In this document: positions 44,746 to 54,628 of the stretch, piece after piece
Layout of the letters: the number at the start of each line of letters is the position of its first letter
Numbering within the stretch: position 1 is the stretch's first letter
Virus record (IMG/VR): IMGVR_UViG_3300023284_001411
Coordinates: 1 to 64,000 of that record
Reading direction: 5' to 3' (one strand)
From: a virus
Length of the DNA stretch: 64,000 bases
The notes under the pieces: generated by a model
What the model was told of the DNA's origin: nothing
What the model saw: the letters and a program-made list of their open reading frames with translations, nothing else
The model's database searches: none
Made by a program: the position numbers and the translations under genes

Positions 44746-47123
44746 CAGAGTCCTCCTTCGTCGTCGTTGATCACTTCGGAGCTCGGCCAGGAGTTTCGGC
44801 CGTAGTTCTCAACCCAGAAATCCCTGCACTCCTCCAGGGGCGGAAAGACGTACCACCACGGCCGCGGAATGCTCATCGTCTTGCCGTCGGACCCCAGCGC
44901 CTCGACCGGGCTGGTCCGTTGCTGCCGCTCCGGGAAGTCCCCCGGGCAGATCTTCTTGAGGAAGCATCCCAGACGGGTGCTATTTGTCCGCCGCCCCGAG
45001 GTGAATTGGCGGGTGTAGGAGAAAAAATCATAGATCAGCTGGGCGCAGGGAATCTCTGCCACCCACCCATCATCGGTTATCTGAAGACGGCCGTCACAGA
45101 GTTTGGTGTACCACCAGTCCTCCTCCGTGGTAAAGCTGTATTGCTTCTGTTGGTTCAAGGCATCTGTCTTTGGTACTTCGCGGACGTTGAAATTCGAGAT
45201 ATCGTAGACAGTGAGGAAGTGCAAGAGAGCTTCGCGGCCACCGGAGTCGAGCTGGGCCTGGATTTTTTCGAAGTAGCTGTGATCTTCACGGTTCATGTCG
45301 CCAACGTCGAGGACGAAGTATCGCCGAGCGTCGGGTCCGGCAGGGACAACCCAATCAGCGTTCGATGCCATGATGAGCTTGATGCGATTCGGGGCCATCT
45401 CGGCGTTGACATGCTTGGGCTCTATCATTACGGTTTTTTCTGTCACAAGAGTTTTAAGGACGGACTCATGCTCCTTATCTCCGGCCCAGAAGGCCTCGTC
45501 TCCGAACAGGACGGAGCAGTCGCGTAGGTGGGCATTAAAGTTCCCGGTCAGATGCTTCGAGTTCGCGACGTGGAGGAAGTGGCAGCCCCAAAGGCTGCCG
45601 AAGGCCTCAGCGAAAAAACCCTTCCCAATACCCTCTTTGCCGCGCATGACAATGGCAGCATGTCCTTGTGAGCCGGGCTTCTGTATTGCTCGCGCCATCC
45701 AGCCCAAGAGGTAATTGTAGTGCTCCTCGTTCTCGCCGCAGACGTTCTTGCGGACATGCTCCAGGAATAGAGAACAGTCGCCCGGTCTGGCCTCGCAACT
45801 AAATCCCCTCCATAGATTATAGGCGTCAGGGTCATCTTGCCCAGGGGCAAAGATCAGCGTTTCGAACTGCCGACGATGTGGGTTGTTGAGCCACCACTTG
45901 CCCACCGGAGCGAACTGCGGGATTTTGTTCCCCTGCTTGTCCTTCTTCGACTCCACCTCGACGTACTTATTCATATAACGATTTCGGAAGTCTTCGAAGG
46001 TTTGTTTGCTTATACGGGTTCGCTTCATGGATGAATCATAGACCTCAGATACAATGCGGCACTTGTCGCCGATGTCCGAGATGACCGCGTGCTTTTCGTT
46101 CAGCTTCCGGAGCCATGGATCGATGGCCTCGTCCCGGGCGGTCTCGATCTGTTTGATGGCGTAGCGCTCGACGCCAGCTCCTTTGTCAAGGACCGACTTG
46201 GAGATACCCCATTCGGGGTCGGTGATGACCCCGTAGATCTTCTCGTCCGAGACCCCCGCCCGAACGAGATCACAGCATACGCGGAAGAGCACCTCTGATT
46301 TGGATGGGTACTTCGTCGGTTCGTCGGGGTCCTCGCCTTGGACGATCAGCATCTTGCAGTAGTCGGAGACGTCGTCGCCCAGATCCTCGACGTCGTTGAG
46401 CCGCGGGATGTTCCCAGGCACTTGGATGCGGTGTGTAGTGAAGCCCTCGGACGCTGGACCCTGGACGGCCGGCGCCTTCGTAAACTGCGCCAGGTCGTAG
46501 ACCCGTTCGGGGTGCCACTCCACTACCTGGGCGAGAGCGAGTTGCTGACCGCGTTTTCTTTTTTTTGCGTTCGGCCGGTTGAGGGTTCCCGGGAGTCTCA
46601 TGACGTGGTCGACGCTGTGGCAACTGTCCGCGTGAAAGAGGAGCTCAAGCTGGAGATTCCATCGCATGGCTTCCTCAGCCAGCGCCAGGTCACCATTGAT
46701 CATGAACGACTCGAGGAGTTTCCAGAAGCCCTGATAGCCGCCGCCGGAGTCGTGTATGCGGGTGGCCGGGGGAATGTCGCCGGGCGGGTCCTGCAGCAAG
46801 GCCAGCATCCGCGCTCGCTCCTCGTCGATGTCTTCGCCCGCCTCCGGGTCGAGGTCGACGTGGAGCCAGGCGAGCTCCTTGACGTCCTCGCGCCTGGCTT
46901 TACTCGTCAGATCGCCCATCGTTGGGTTTACGTGGTAGTAAATGTTCCGGGTCGCCCCTTGCTGGGCGAGCCACGCTGCTATCGACGTGTCGCCCTTGTG
47001 GAATGTTTTTGTGGTGATCCCTTTTTGGTCGACCTCAATTGTCGTTAGAATCCATGGCCCATCGGGAGCCCACTCCTTGAGGAAGTTGATCGCGGTTTTG
47101 TAATTTGGTTCTGGTACCATCAA
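44745..47123 (-). CDS. Primase-helicase (RepB-like primase plus DUF5906/SF3-like NTPase)
   Basis: LHVDLD, DSGGGYQGFW and VMRLPGTLN; Walker A GKEGIGKG; LFGDEA; IMASN; RRYFVL. Confidence 0.88.
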   Translation of the reverse strand: MMVPEPNYKTAINFLKEWAPDGPWILTTIEVDQKGITTKTFHKGDTSIAAWLAQQGATRNIYYHVNPTMGDLTSKARREDVKELAWLHVDLDPEAGEDIDEERARMLALLQDPPGDIPPATRIHDSGGGYQGFWKLLESFMINGDLALAEEAMRWNLQLELLFHADSCHSVDHVMRLPGTLNRPNAKKRKRGQQLALAQVVEWHPERVYDLAQFTKAPAVQGPASEGFTTHRIQVPGNIPRLNDVEDLGDDVSDYCKMLIVQGEDPDEPTKYPSKSEVLFRVCCDLVRAGVSDEKIYGVITDPEWGISKSVLDKGAGVERYAIKQIETARDEAIDPWLRKLNEKHAVISDIGDKCRIVSEVYDSSMKRTRISKQTFEDFRNRYMNKYVEVESKKDKQGNKIPQFAPVGKWWLNNPHRRQFETLIFAPGQDDPDAYNLWRGFSCEARPGDCSLFLEHVRKNVCGENEEHYNYLLGWMARAIQKPGSQGHAAIVMRGKEGIGKGFFAEAFGSLWGCHFLHVANSKHLTGNFNAHLRDCSVLFGDEAFWAGDKEHESVLKTLVTEKTVMIEPKHVNAEMAPNRIKLIMASNADWVVPAGPDARRYFVLDVGDMNREDHSYFEKIQAQLDSGGREALLHFLTVYDISNFNVREVPKTDALNQQKQYSFTTEEDWWYTKLCDGRLQITDDGWVAEIPCAQLIYDFFSYTRQFTSGRRTNSTRLGCFLKKICPGDFPERQQRTSPVEALGSDGKTMSIPRPWWYVFPPLEECRDFWVENYGRNSWPSSEVINDDEGGL

Positions 47124-47437
47124 TGCCCCCAGTAGTCAATCTGCCGCTGCAAAGAGCCCTTGCCCTTTTCCATGCGGCGAAGTACCGCGTCGTGTAAACC
47201 CATGTCCTCGGCTTGCTGCCCTATGCTCTTGCCAATGCGGAGGCGGAGGACGATATAATGTTCATGGGGATCGAGGCCGCCGATATCGATGTCGGGACCC
47301 TCGACCTCGTCCTGCTCCCAGGCCGCGTAGATGTTTGGCTCTACCTTGTGGTCCTCCGCCGCCTGCTGAACAGTCGTACCGGTCCGACTGCGAAGGAGGT
47401 AAAGCTTCTCGCCGCGGGTCAAGTCTTCCTCGAGCAT
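47120..47437 (-). CDS. Tandem HTH (XRE-like) DNA-binding protein
   Basis: Two repeats LRxRxGx(T/S)xxQxAE...(W/M)E. Confidence 0.6.
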   Translation of the reverse strand: MLEEDLTRGEKLYLLRSRTGTTVQQAAEDHKVEPNIYAAWEQDEVEGPDIDIGGLDPHEHYIVLRLRIGKSIGQQAEDMGLHDAVLRRMEKGKGSLQRQIDYWGH

Positions 47438-47844
47438 CGCCGATCCCTTATGACTTGTCGGAATTCCTCTTCATCAAGCCCATCGTACCATACCCAGTCA
47501 GCCCAAAGTAAGAGGGACTCCTTGGTTGACTTTCCAACGAATGCGGTAGCGACTCCGCCCTCAAATAGAAGCCAATCATTCCCGACTTTCAAGAGGAGGT
47601 CCGCGACCCCGCCCGCTTCACAGCGCTTGGTGAGCCAGATCTTCTGGGCCGGGTTGAAGTGCTCGACGCGGAGGATTGTGTCCGCCCGTTTTGGCCAGGC
47701 CGCGACCGACTTGAGCTCGATCCAGCCGCCCGCGTAGTTGACGTCGGGCGTGCCGGCTCCTCCGACCCCGTTCTCCACACTGACGGCGTGCAGTGGCCGG
47801 AGGGCCTTGACTACCTTCTTTCGCATGTTCTGTTCAGAACTCAT
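47419..47844 (-). CDS. PD-(D/E)XK nuclease (VRR-NUC / Holliday-junction resolvase-like)
   Basis: MSSEQ, GTPDV, WIELK and PAQKIWL...GG. Confidence 0.75.
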   Translation of the reverse strand: MSSEQNMRKKVVKALRPLHAVSVENGVGGAGTPDVNYAGGWIELKSVAAWPKRADTILRVEHFNPAQKIWLTKRCEAGGVADLLLKVGNDWLLFEGGVATAFVGKSTKESLLLWADWVWYDGLDEEEFRQVIRDRRCSRKT

Positions 47845-48400
47845 GGTAATGCTCGATGGCCGCCTCCAATGTCCTTCCGTCGCTTTCAAGTCCCGTAGCG
47901 AACCAGCCCGGCGTCTTCTGCCGGGCGAAGAGTTCGATTCGCGGATGGTCTCCGACCAGCTTGATGATGCGGTCTCGGATCTCGGGGGGCTTCGAACTGT
48001 GGGGACGAGTGACCGGGGCTGTCACCACTTGCCGCTCAGCGGTGACGATTCTCTTCAGGCCCTTGCCTTTTCGGCCCAGGAGGACGACCTCGGCGCCGCA
48101 GCGACTCCAGAAACCGACACCGCAGAATGGATTCCCGTTTGTGTAGGTCTTATTCCAGACGAAGGGCGCCGTCACATACTTGAATCCCCACGCCTTCAAG
48201 ACGTTGAGGCAGATGTCGATCTTCGGGAACGTCGCCCACAAAAATAGGAGGGAGTCCTTATCGGCGATCTTGCCGACGTCCCAGCTCGCGATGTCCTCGT
48301 CCGTTGCCACCGTGTAGGCGTTCTCAGCCAGCCCGCCGAGCTTGCTTTTGCCGTTGTTGTAGGACCAGGGCGGGTCGGCGTAGATGATTTTGAACTTCAT
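47834..48400 (-). CDS. MT-A70 family N6-adenine methyltransferase
   Basis: IIYADPPW, LFLWAT, AWGFKY, HSSKP and IELFAR. Confidence 0.9.
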   Translation of the reverse strand: MKFKIIYADPPWSYNNGKSKLGGLAENAYTVATDEDIASWDVGKIADKDSLLFLWATFPKIDICLNVLKAWGFKYVTAPFVWNKTYTNGNPFCGVGFWSRCGAEVVLLGRKGKGLKRIVTAERQVVTAPVTRPHSSKPPEIRDRIIKLVGDHPRIELFARQKTPGWFATGLESDGRTLEAAIEHYHEF

Positions 48401-48930
48401 GGTACCACACTTGTTATAAGGTTTGGGGGTGCATAGTGAAGGAAACTTTTCGTGTATTCAATCTCGCAGAGGATATCCGGCATGGCGCGGTGCTTCACGT
48501 CAGGCTGTGGCTTCTCGATGCTCGGGAACATGACGCGGAAGTTATTCGTCTCGAAGTGTCGGTGATGGAATAGTGCCGCCGTGCGGGGGAGGTGGACCTC
48601 GCAGAAGCGACGGTCGAAGGACGGATTCGATCCGGCGAGAGGGAGATTGTAGAACTTGTTCTGTAGAATCCACTCCCTAAACTCCCGATCGATTCGGCTC
48701 CGTATGTGACTCGTGCCGGCACGTTCGCACGCCGCGAAAAGCCCGTTCTCGATGTGCATCTTCGCAATGGAGGAATCGAAGGCGGGCAGTGCCTCGTGCC
48801 AGATGACACTCTTCCTCGAACCCAGCTGGTTTAGCGTCTGGTCTGTTACCAGTATCCCGATCTCGAGCAGCTCGTCCTTGTGTTCGTCCAGGCCAGTCGT
48901 CTCGACGTCGATCCACATTAGTCGATCCAT
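48397..48930 (-). CDS. orn: Oligoribonuclease-like DEDDh exonuclease
   Basis: LMWIDVETTGLD, LLEIG, MHIENGL, PLAGSNPSFDRRF and HRAMPDI; start MDRLMW. Confidence 0.8.
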   Translation of the reverse strand: MDRLMWIDVETTGLDEHKDELLEIGILVTDQTLNQLGSRKSVIWHEALPAFDSSIAKMHIENGLFAACERAGTSHIRSRIDREFREWILQNKFYNLPLAGSNPSFDRRFCEVHLPRTAALFHHRHFETNNFRVMFPSIEKPQPDVKHRAMPDILCEIEYTKSFLHYAPPNLITSVVP

Positions 48931-49670
48931 GTGTGTCCTTCCTTCCCCGGCCCATGGGCCGGAATCCAGATTGATTTGACAGTCTCGCCGACGCCCGTTC
49001 CCATACAAAGTCGGCACTTGTCGCAGGTCGTCTTCCTCCCGGCCTCGATCGAGGCGGGACAGAGAATGTTTTTTTTTAACTTTGATTCGATGGCGCTGTA
49101 CGTTTTGGTAAATGTGTGCGGAACGACGAAGAACGTCCGCCAACCCGCATCCTGCGCCTCTCGTCGTTCTTCAAGGGTGTCGACTGACGCCATGCAGATG
49201 CGGCGGAGGTCCGGATCGGCCGTCCGCCAGATGTGGGTGTACCCCGTCCAGCGGTCGGCGTGGTGAATGAGCTCCTCCCACACTCGGGTCGGCACCGCTG
49301 CGGGGTCGCCGTACGACCCCACGCGGACGGAAAGTTCCCCTAAATATTTCCAGGCTTTTGCTGCATAGCAGTAATCCCAATTTTCATCGGCATACATATA
49401 AATGCCCCGCTTGTACGCCTCCCAGATCGTCCGTGGTTCGAGGTGCGTTCGCACGTAGCACGTGCGCTCGCCGGTCTCGAGGTTGGCGCGGTAGCGACAG
49501 CCCCCGCAGATGGACTCGTCGCGCCCGTCGAAGGCCGCCTTGTGCGGCGGGACGTCTTGCAGGAGGATCCACGTGCAGAGCATCCGCCCGATCTTGATGT
49601 TGCCACCCGGCCGGGCGATAGCAACGATCGGCTCGCCGTCGATGAGGGATTCACCTTCGTAAAGAATCAT
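48918..49670 (-). CDS. Cys-rich conserved phage protein (gp88-like, possibly Fe-S binding)
   Basis: ICGGC...CYV, RVGSYGDPAAVP, TGYTH, MASVD and CPAS...CDKCRLC. Confidence 0.55.
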   Translation of the reverse strand: MILYEGESLIDGEPIVAIARPGGNIKIGRMLCTWILLQDVPPHKAAFDGRDESICGGCRYRANLETGERTCYVRTHLEPRTIWEAYKRGIYMYADENWDYCYAAKAWKYLGELSVRVGSYGDPAAVPTRVWEELIHHADRWTGYTHIWRTADPDLRRICMASVDTLEERREAQDAGWRTFFVVPHTFTKTYSAIESKLKKNILCPASIEAGRKTTCDKCRLCMGTGVGETVKSIWIPAHGPGKEGHTWID

Positions 49671-50125
49671 GCCTCGTAGACCACCTTCCCGGTTCCGGTG
49701 TCGAAGACGTGTGCCCAGGCATCAGCATCGGCACTGGCGAACACATCGTCCCAATCACCGCCGTGATTGAGGGCTCTGCCCTTCACTTCGTTTGCTACGT
49801 CTACGGCGTAGACTTGGGTGGCACCGCTGCCGACGATGTCCCAGGCACCACCGCGGGGATGGTCTCGTCGTCCGTTGCCAGCAAAAACTAAATATCGCTT
49901 TTTACAGACGTCGTCTCTCAGCGCGTTCATCCTTCTGTTAAGGTCTCTTTGTTTCTTGTCCTTGACTTCGCGCTCTCGCCGGCTCAGCTCGTCCGTGCGT
50001 TCCTTGAGCCTTGCATTCAGAGCGGCGCGGTCGTCAATAAGTTTCAGAATCTCTTCGAACTCCTCGTCGGGCGTCTCCGGGAATCGTTCGCGTAACCAGT
50101 TTTCCTTCGTCTGTACCTCGGGCAT
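49667..50125 (-). CDS. Hypothetical protein
   Basis: 152 aa; coiled coil plus YLVFAG...PRGGAWD...WAHVFD. Confidence 0.55.
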   Translation of the reverse strand: MPEVQTKENWLRERFPETPDEEFEEILKLIDDRAALNARLKERTDELSRREREVKDKKQRDLNRRMNALRDDVCKKRYLVFAGNGRRDHPRGGAWDIVGSGATQVYAVDVANEVKGRALNHGGDWDDVFASADADAWAHVFDTGTGKVVYEA

Positions 50126-50224
50126 GTTAGTTCCTTCCTGTAAAGGCTTCGTGGCGCCACCAGGCGCTCTCGATGGGAATCAAAAGTGTCCATCCGAACG
50201 GATTGAAAATCAACTCTATATGGG

Positions 50225-52117
50225 TCACTCAAGTTTTTCGGCATCACCCCACGAGGGTCCGATCTCAATGTCGACTTTGGACGGGACCAGCATCTTGACG
50301 CACGTCTCCATGATCTCGGCGCACTCCCGCGCCTCCCGAGGGATCCCCACCGTTAGATCGAGCTCGTCGTGGACCTGCAGCTGGATCCGGTGTCCGGCCG
50401 CCTCGGCCAGGACGAGGGCCAATTTCGTTTGGTCCGCGCTCGAGCCTTGGATGATCCGGTTCAGGGCCTTGTAGGCCCAGTCGTAGCCCCGCCCACCGGG
50501 CTTCTTCGGGAAGTGACAATGGCGCCCGGCCTGGGTTTTGACGATGCCGTAGGCTTCCGCCCTGATTTGGGCCTTCTTCGCCAGCTGGCGAATGAACGGG
50601 ACCTTCTCGTCGAACTCGGCCAGGACCGCGGCCCCCTCGGGGCCGGCGGCCTCGCGGACAGCGCCGTAGATCTCTTTCATCTCAGTCGGTAGGCCCAAGT
50701 TTCGGCAGAGTTTCGCGCCGCCCATCCCGTAGCAGAGGCCCAGGAAGATGATCTTTGCCTGACCCCGCTGGGCCTTGGTGGCGTCCGCGCCCCAGATCAT
50801 GCGGGCCATCATCCAGTGGTTGTCAGTGGTCGGGTCGTTCCGGTACTTCTCCGCGGCCTCCAGCGCCCGGGTGCAGTGGGTCATGGTCGCGTAGTGGACG
50901 ATCCAGCGGGGCTCCTGCTGGCTGTAGTCCAGGGCCGCCCAGAGGCCGCCCTCGTCTGGGACGTAAATGCTCCGCCATACCGAGTCCTTGGGCTGTTGTT
51001 GGAAGTTGAAGTCTGAGCTCGAGAGCCGGCCGTAGCGGGCGCCCTTGTCGTCTCCACTGTCCCTGGTGACCCGGAGCTGATTGAAGGTGCAGTGGGCGCG
51101 GCCCCGGATCAAGTGTTTACGGACGGAGTTCACGAAGTCTCGGCGGATCTTGTCGTTCTTCTTGGCCTCCAAGAATGCTTTGGCCACCGGGTGGTCGATC
51201 GCCCCGATGACGTCCTTCGCGGTGGCCGGTTGGCCGGAGGCGGTCCGGGGTAGTGCAATGCCCAGGGACATGAAGGCCCGCTCTATGAGTTTTTTCTGAT
51301 CGAGCTCCCCGAGCCCGATGGAGACGCCCGTTTCGTGCTTGATCCGGGCCAGCGCGCTCGTTTCCTTCTGGGCGTAGATCTGCTCGACCTCGTCGAGCCG
51401 GTCTTGGTCGATCCGGACCCCACGTCGCCTCATCTTGACGAGGATCGGCAGCACGCGGCTCTCGAGGTTGTAGATGTCCCATAGGCCTTGCTCGTCGATG
51501 ACGCGCTCCTGGCGGCGCAGGAGGGCCAGGGGAAGGCGTACGTCCTGCTCCGCATAGGCGCCGACGTGGCGAGCCGGGAGTTTCCAGAGGTCCTTCTTTG
51601 GGTCCAGGCCCCAAGCCCGAGCGGCGAGGCCCAGTTGGCCCTCGCTCTTTCCTGGCATCTTGTAGCGGGCGGCGATGGCGTCGAGGCTGTACTGGAACTG
51701 GTTTTCATCGATCAGGGGCTCCGCCACTTGGACGTCGCGGAAGAACTTGACCCGGGGGAAGGTCACCCTATTTTCTTCCAGGTAGTCGAGGTCGTAGGGT
51801 AGGTTCGCCCCGACAAGGATCCCCTTGAAGTTTCGGCCCTGGTCCCTGAGATATCGCCAAATGGTCTCCGGGTCCACGTTCCCGCCGGACTCGTGGTGGA
51901 TCGGGAGGTAGTGGGCCGGCCCGCGTTCGAGCGCGAAGGAGATGCCCACGACGTAGCCATCCCGCCGGACGCCGGGACCAAGCTTTATTAGCTGTGGGTC
52001 CCGGGTCTCGACGTCGACCGCCACCCGCTTGGCATCGCCCCACGACGGGAGCTCGCTCATTCTCGGAGCCTCCCAGTCGCAGGGCGGGTCAAGGTAGGGT
52101 TGCTGCACGAATGTCAT
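50225..52117 (-). CDS. polA: DNA polymerase family A with 3'-5' exonuclease
   Basis: AVDVET, ANLPYDL and YAEQD (exo); motif A LDYSQQEPR, motif B RGQAKIIFLGLCYG, motif C QVHDEL. Confidence 0.95.
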   Translation of the reverse strand: MTFVQQPYLDPPCDWEAPRMSELPSWGDAKRVAVDVETRDPQLIKLGPGVRRDGYVVGISFALERGPAHYLPIHHESGGNVDPETIWRYLRDQGRNFKGILVGANLPYDLDYLEENRVTFPRVKFFRDVQVAEPLIDENQFQYSLDAIAARYKMPGKSEGQLGLAARAWGLDPKKDLWKLPARHVGAYAEQDVRLPLALLRRQERVIDEQGLWDIYNLESRVLPILVKMRRRGVRIDQDRLDEVEQIYAQKETSALARIKHETGVSIGLGELDQKKLIERAFMSLGIALPRTASGQPATAKDVIGAIDHPVAKAFLEAKKNDKIRRDFVNSVRKHLIRGRAHCTFNQLRVTRDSGDDKGARYGRLSSSDFNFQQQPKDSVWRSIYVPDEGGLWAALDYSQQEPRWIVHYATMTHCTRALEAAEKYRNDPTTDNHWMMARMIWGADATKAQRGQAKIIFLGLCYGMGGAKLCRNLGLPTEMKEIYGAVREAAGPEGAAVLAEFDEKVPFIRQLAKKAQIRAEAYGIVKTQAGRHCHFPKKPGGRGYDWAYKALNRIIQGSSADQTKLALVLAEAAGHRIQLQVHDELDLTVGIPREARECAEIMETCVKMLVPSKVDIEIGPSWGDAEKLE

Positions 52118-52578
52118 TGGGTAGCAACAATGTCGGAGGTAGATGGAGAGACGTCGACTGACACCGCGGTGAAGATCCCATCGACAAGGCCCTCGGCCTC
52201 TCGAGCCTCGACGTATTTCTCAACGGCGCTCTCCCGCCAGCGCTCCATGAGCTCGGGGTTGTTTTTCAGGGTTGTGAGCTCTTTACGCTTGAACCAGATG
52301 AGGAAAAAAGCGTTGCACGCGATGTGCGCCAAGTGGTGGAGACCCGTGTCCGAATCGAATTTCTCACCTTGCTTGATGTCGGAGATGTGCCGCAGGAGGG
52401 CGCCCCAGAATCGCTTCTCTATTTCCGGGTCTCCATCGGAAGTTTTCCAATTCTCGGCGGTATACTTCAGAGCTCCATAGGTCATGACCAATGCCACTTG
52501 CTCAATAGGTTCCCACGGCACGAGTTCCAGCCGCGGCTTTACATCATCAAACTTTAGGGTTACTTCACATGAGCCCAT
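52114..52578 (-). CDS. dATP/dGTP diphosphohydrolase domain protein (DUF5664-like)
   Basis: KFDDVKPRLELVP, VMTYGALKY..NW, ALLRH and DSDTGLHHLAHIACNAFFL. Confidence 0.85.
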   Translation of the reverse strand: MGSCEVTLKFDDVKPRLELVPWEPIEQVALVMTYGALKYTAENWKTSDGDPEIEKRFWGALLRHISDIKQGEKFDSDTGLHHLAHIACNAFFLIWFKRKELTTLKNNPELMERWRESAVEKYVEAREAEGLVDGIFTAVSVDVSPSTSDIVATQ

Positions 52579-53033
52579 GTTCTTTTTCCTTGTATATTTG
52601 CTACTGATGATTTACAGATGCCAAATGTTTTTGCAATTTCTCTTTGACCTATGAATTTTTCTAACCTACGAATCATCCTAACGTCGTCGTTAGTCAGATG
52701 AGTCAGATGGTGCTTCTCCCCTACAGGAAAACTATTTGGTTTCCTCCTTACTCGATCCAGACTGTTAGTTTTAGAAGTTCCGGCGTATAGGTGGTCTGGG
52801 TTTACACAACCAGGGTTATCACACTTATGACAGATTATTGCTCCTTCAGGTATTGGCCCAACGAAGAATTCGTAAGACCTTCGATGGGCAAGTATGTTCC
52901 CACCAGCTCCACATGCCCCATACCCTGCTGGGGTCCTTTTACTCCCCAACCATTGCCAGCAAGTGTGACCGGCTGAGCATGCTGACCAATCTATTCGGTC
53001 ATAAAAACTTTGAATCAATAGCTCTTTTCTCAT
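52560..53033 (-). CDS. HNH homing endonuclease
   Basis: CWQWLG, LAHRRSY and ICHKCDNPGCVNPDHLYAGT; AT-richer than flanks. Confidence 0.9.
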   Translation of the reverse strand: MRKELLIQSFYDRIDWSACSAGHTCWQWLGSKRTPAGYGACGAGGNILAHRRSYEFFVGPIPEGAIICHKCDNPGCVNPDHLYAGTSKTNSLDRVRRKPNSFPVGEKHHLTHLTNDDVRMIRRLEKFIGQREIAKTFGICKSSVANIQGKRTWAHVK

Positions 53034-53539
53034 TCCAGGTCATCCCTTGTCCGTTCCCATTGGTAGGACCTCAAAAACTGTTGACATGGTTCTGGGAGTT
53101 GGATCCTTTTAAGTGAGGTTATAACCTCTTCTCTTTTGAGTTCCGCGATTTTATTTCCCATCGCGATCTGATCGTCAGTCCACATGAGGAATTCTATTTC
53201 GTCAAGAGCTTTAAGCCATCCTTCTTTGTCTGTGCCTGGTTGATGGATGCCGGTTTTTTGTTCGACATACTTCTCAGCCTTGATTATGGTGCTTCGCAGT
53301 TCCGGTACTATTCGTTTAATAATAGACGGGGTGTCTCCCGTCCAACGCTCAAACAGGTCATGTCGAAGAATAGCGCTGTAAAGCTTTTTTGGTGGATCAG
53401 GATGTAGTTCTTCAAGCAAGATCAACATGTGAAAAGAGTGTTGGGCCACGTCGTACGATCCATGGTGCGGGAAGCAATGGCATCGTTGCGTTGTACCGCC
53501 CTCTCTCATGCGGATGATCTTTGTTACTTGGTCTTCCAT
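53030..53539 (-). CDS. HD-domain nucleotidase (YfbR-like)
   Basis: VAQHSF, LRHDLFERWTGDTP and LKALDEIE. Confidence 0.8.
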   Translation of the reverse strand: MEDQVTKIIRMREGGTTQRCHCFPHHGSYDVAQHSFHMLILLEELHPDPPKKLYSAILRHDLFERWTGDTPSIIKRIVPELRSTIIKAEKYVEQKTGIHQPGTDKEGWLKALDEIEFLMWTDDQIAMGNKIAELKREEVITSLKRIQLPEPCQQFLRSYQWERTRDDLE

Positions 53540-53764
53540 GGATCGTACTCTCTTTCTTTGCCGTCTTTTCGGTGTTCGTAGATCTCAGACTTCTCCATCA
53601 TCGTCGCACAGATGGCGCCGTCCCAGTAAGTAAGCGCCCTACAGATGACCTCCTCCGGGTCGGGGATCCCGAGGTAGCTCTGGAGAAACTCAAGCCGATC
53701 AAGGATCTTCTTGGGCATCAGGTACTTTCGGGATCTCCGCCGCGGTGCAACAGGGATTTTTCTT

Positions 53765-54103
53765 TCAGACACCGCCGTTGACGACCTTTTTTGCCACTCG
53801 CTCAGCCACCAGATCCATTTTCTTATCTTCCAGGGCATCGCGCCGTAACTTGAGTTTACGTCCGCCCAGGTAGGCATTTTGTATACCCATGAGAGCAAGC
53901 ATAATAGCCTGGCCGTAAGGGCCGGTGAAAGGGGCCGCGGCCCCGCCGACAATCTCGGCCCGGGATTTACCATCGGGATCGGCGGCTGTCTCGGTCCCTG
54001 GCCGAGTGAGGAAGAGGTAGTCCAGCGGCGCGCACGCATCGAGGGTGAGGGCGAGCGCCCCGAGAAGGAGCAGTGAGGCGAGAAAGTTTGTGGAAGGTTT
54101 CAA
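53765..54103 (-). CDS. Lipoprotein
   Basis: TTG start overlapping the upstream stop, GGAGG SD; signal ...LLLLGALALTLDAC. Confidence 0.55.
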   Translation of the reverse strand: MKPSTNFLASLLLLGALALTLDACAPLDYLFLTRPGTETAADPDGKSRAEIVGGAAAPFTGPYGQAIMLALMGIQNAYLGGRKLKLRRDALEDKKMDLVAERVAKKVVNGGV

Positions 54104-54570
54104 TGGTATTCCTCCGTGTGAATGTGAATATGGCCGTTGGGGTCCTCCCGCAGGCCGAAGCCGACGTAATCCCAAATCAGATACAGCTGCCCATATGTCT
54201 CCTGGTAGGTGCCTTTGGTGGTGACCGCTTGGCACTCCTCGAACGTCGCCCCCTCCGGGCGGGTCAGGAGCGTGATTATTTTGTCGCGGATAGTGCCCTT
54301 TCGCCATTGTACGATCCGCCCGCGGTAGGGCCGATTGAACTTCACTTTCCTTTCCGTGGGCGGCGGCGGTGAAAACCTGTCCTTGAGTACATCCCGGACA
54401 AGTCTTTCCGCTCTCTGGCGGCTATCAAATACCTCCCACTCAATCTTATCTTCGGTGAGTTCGAAATACAGCGCCGCGAGCTGCGGCAAAGTATACGCGC
54501 CCAGCATTTCCATGTAGACCCGACCGACCGACACGGTTTCAACAAAATTGTTTTCTTTTTCAGAGCACAT
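54100..54570 (-). CDS. Putative DNA-binding protein (wHTH-like C-terminus)
   Basis: RKGTIRDKIITLLTRPEGATFEE motif; start position uncertain. Confidence 0.5.
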   Translation of the reverse strand: MCSEKENNFVETVSVGRVYMEMLGAYTLPQLAALYFELTEDKIEWEVFDSRQRAERLVRDVLKDRFSPPPPTERKVKFNRPYRGRIVQWRKGTIRDKIITLLTRPEGATFEECQAVTTKGTYQETYGQLYLIWDYVGFGLREDPNGHIHIHTEEYH

Positions 54571-54583
54571 GTTTCATCCTAAG

Positions 54584-54610
54584 AAAAACCCGGGGTGCAA
54601 GCACCCCGGG
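54584..54610 (-). terminator. Rho-independent terminator
   Basis: CCCGGGGTGC-TT-GCACCCCGGG followed by TTTTT. Confidence 0.8.
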
Positions 54611-54628
54611 CTAAGGAGAAAAGGAAAT

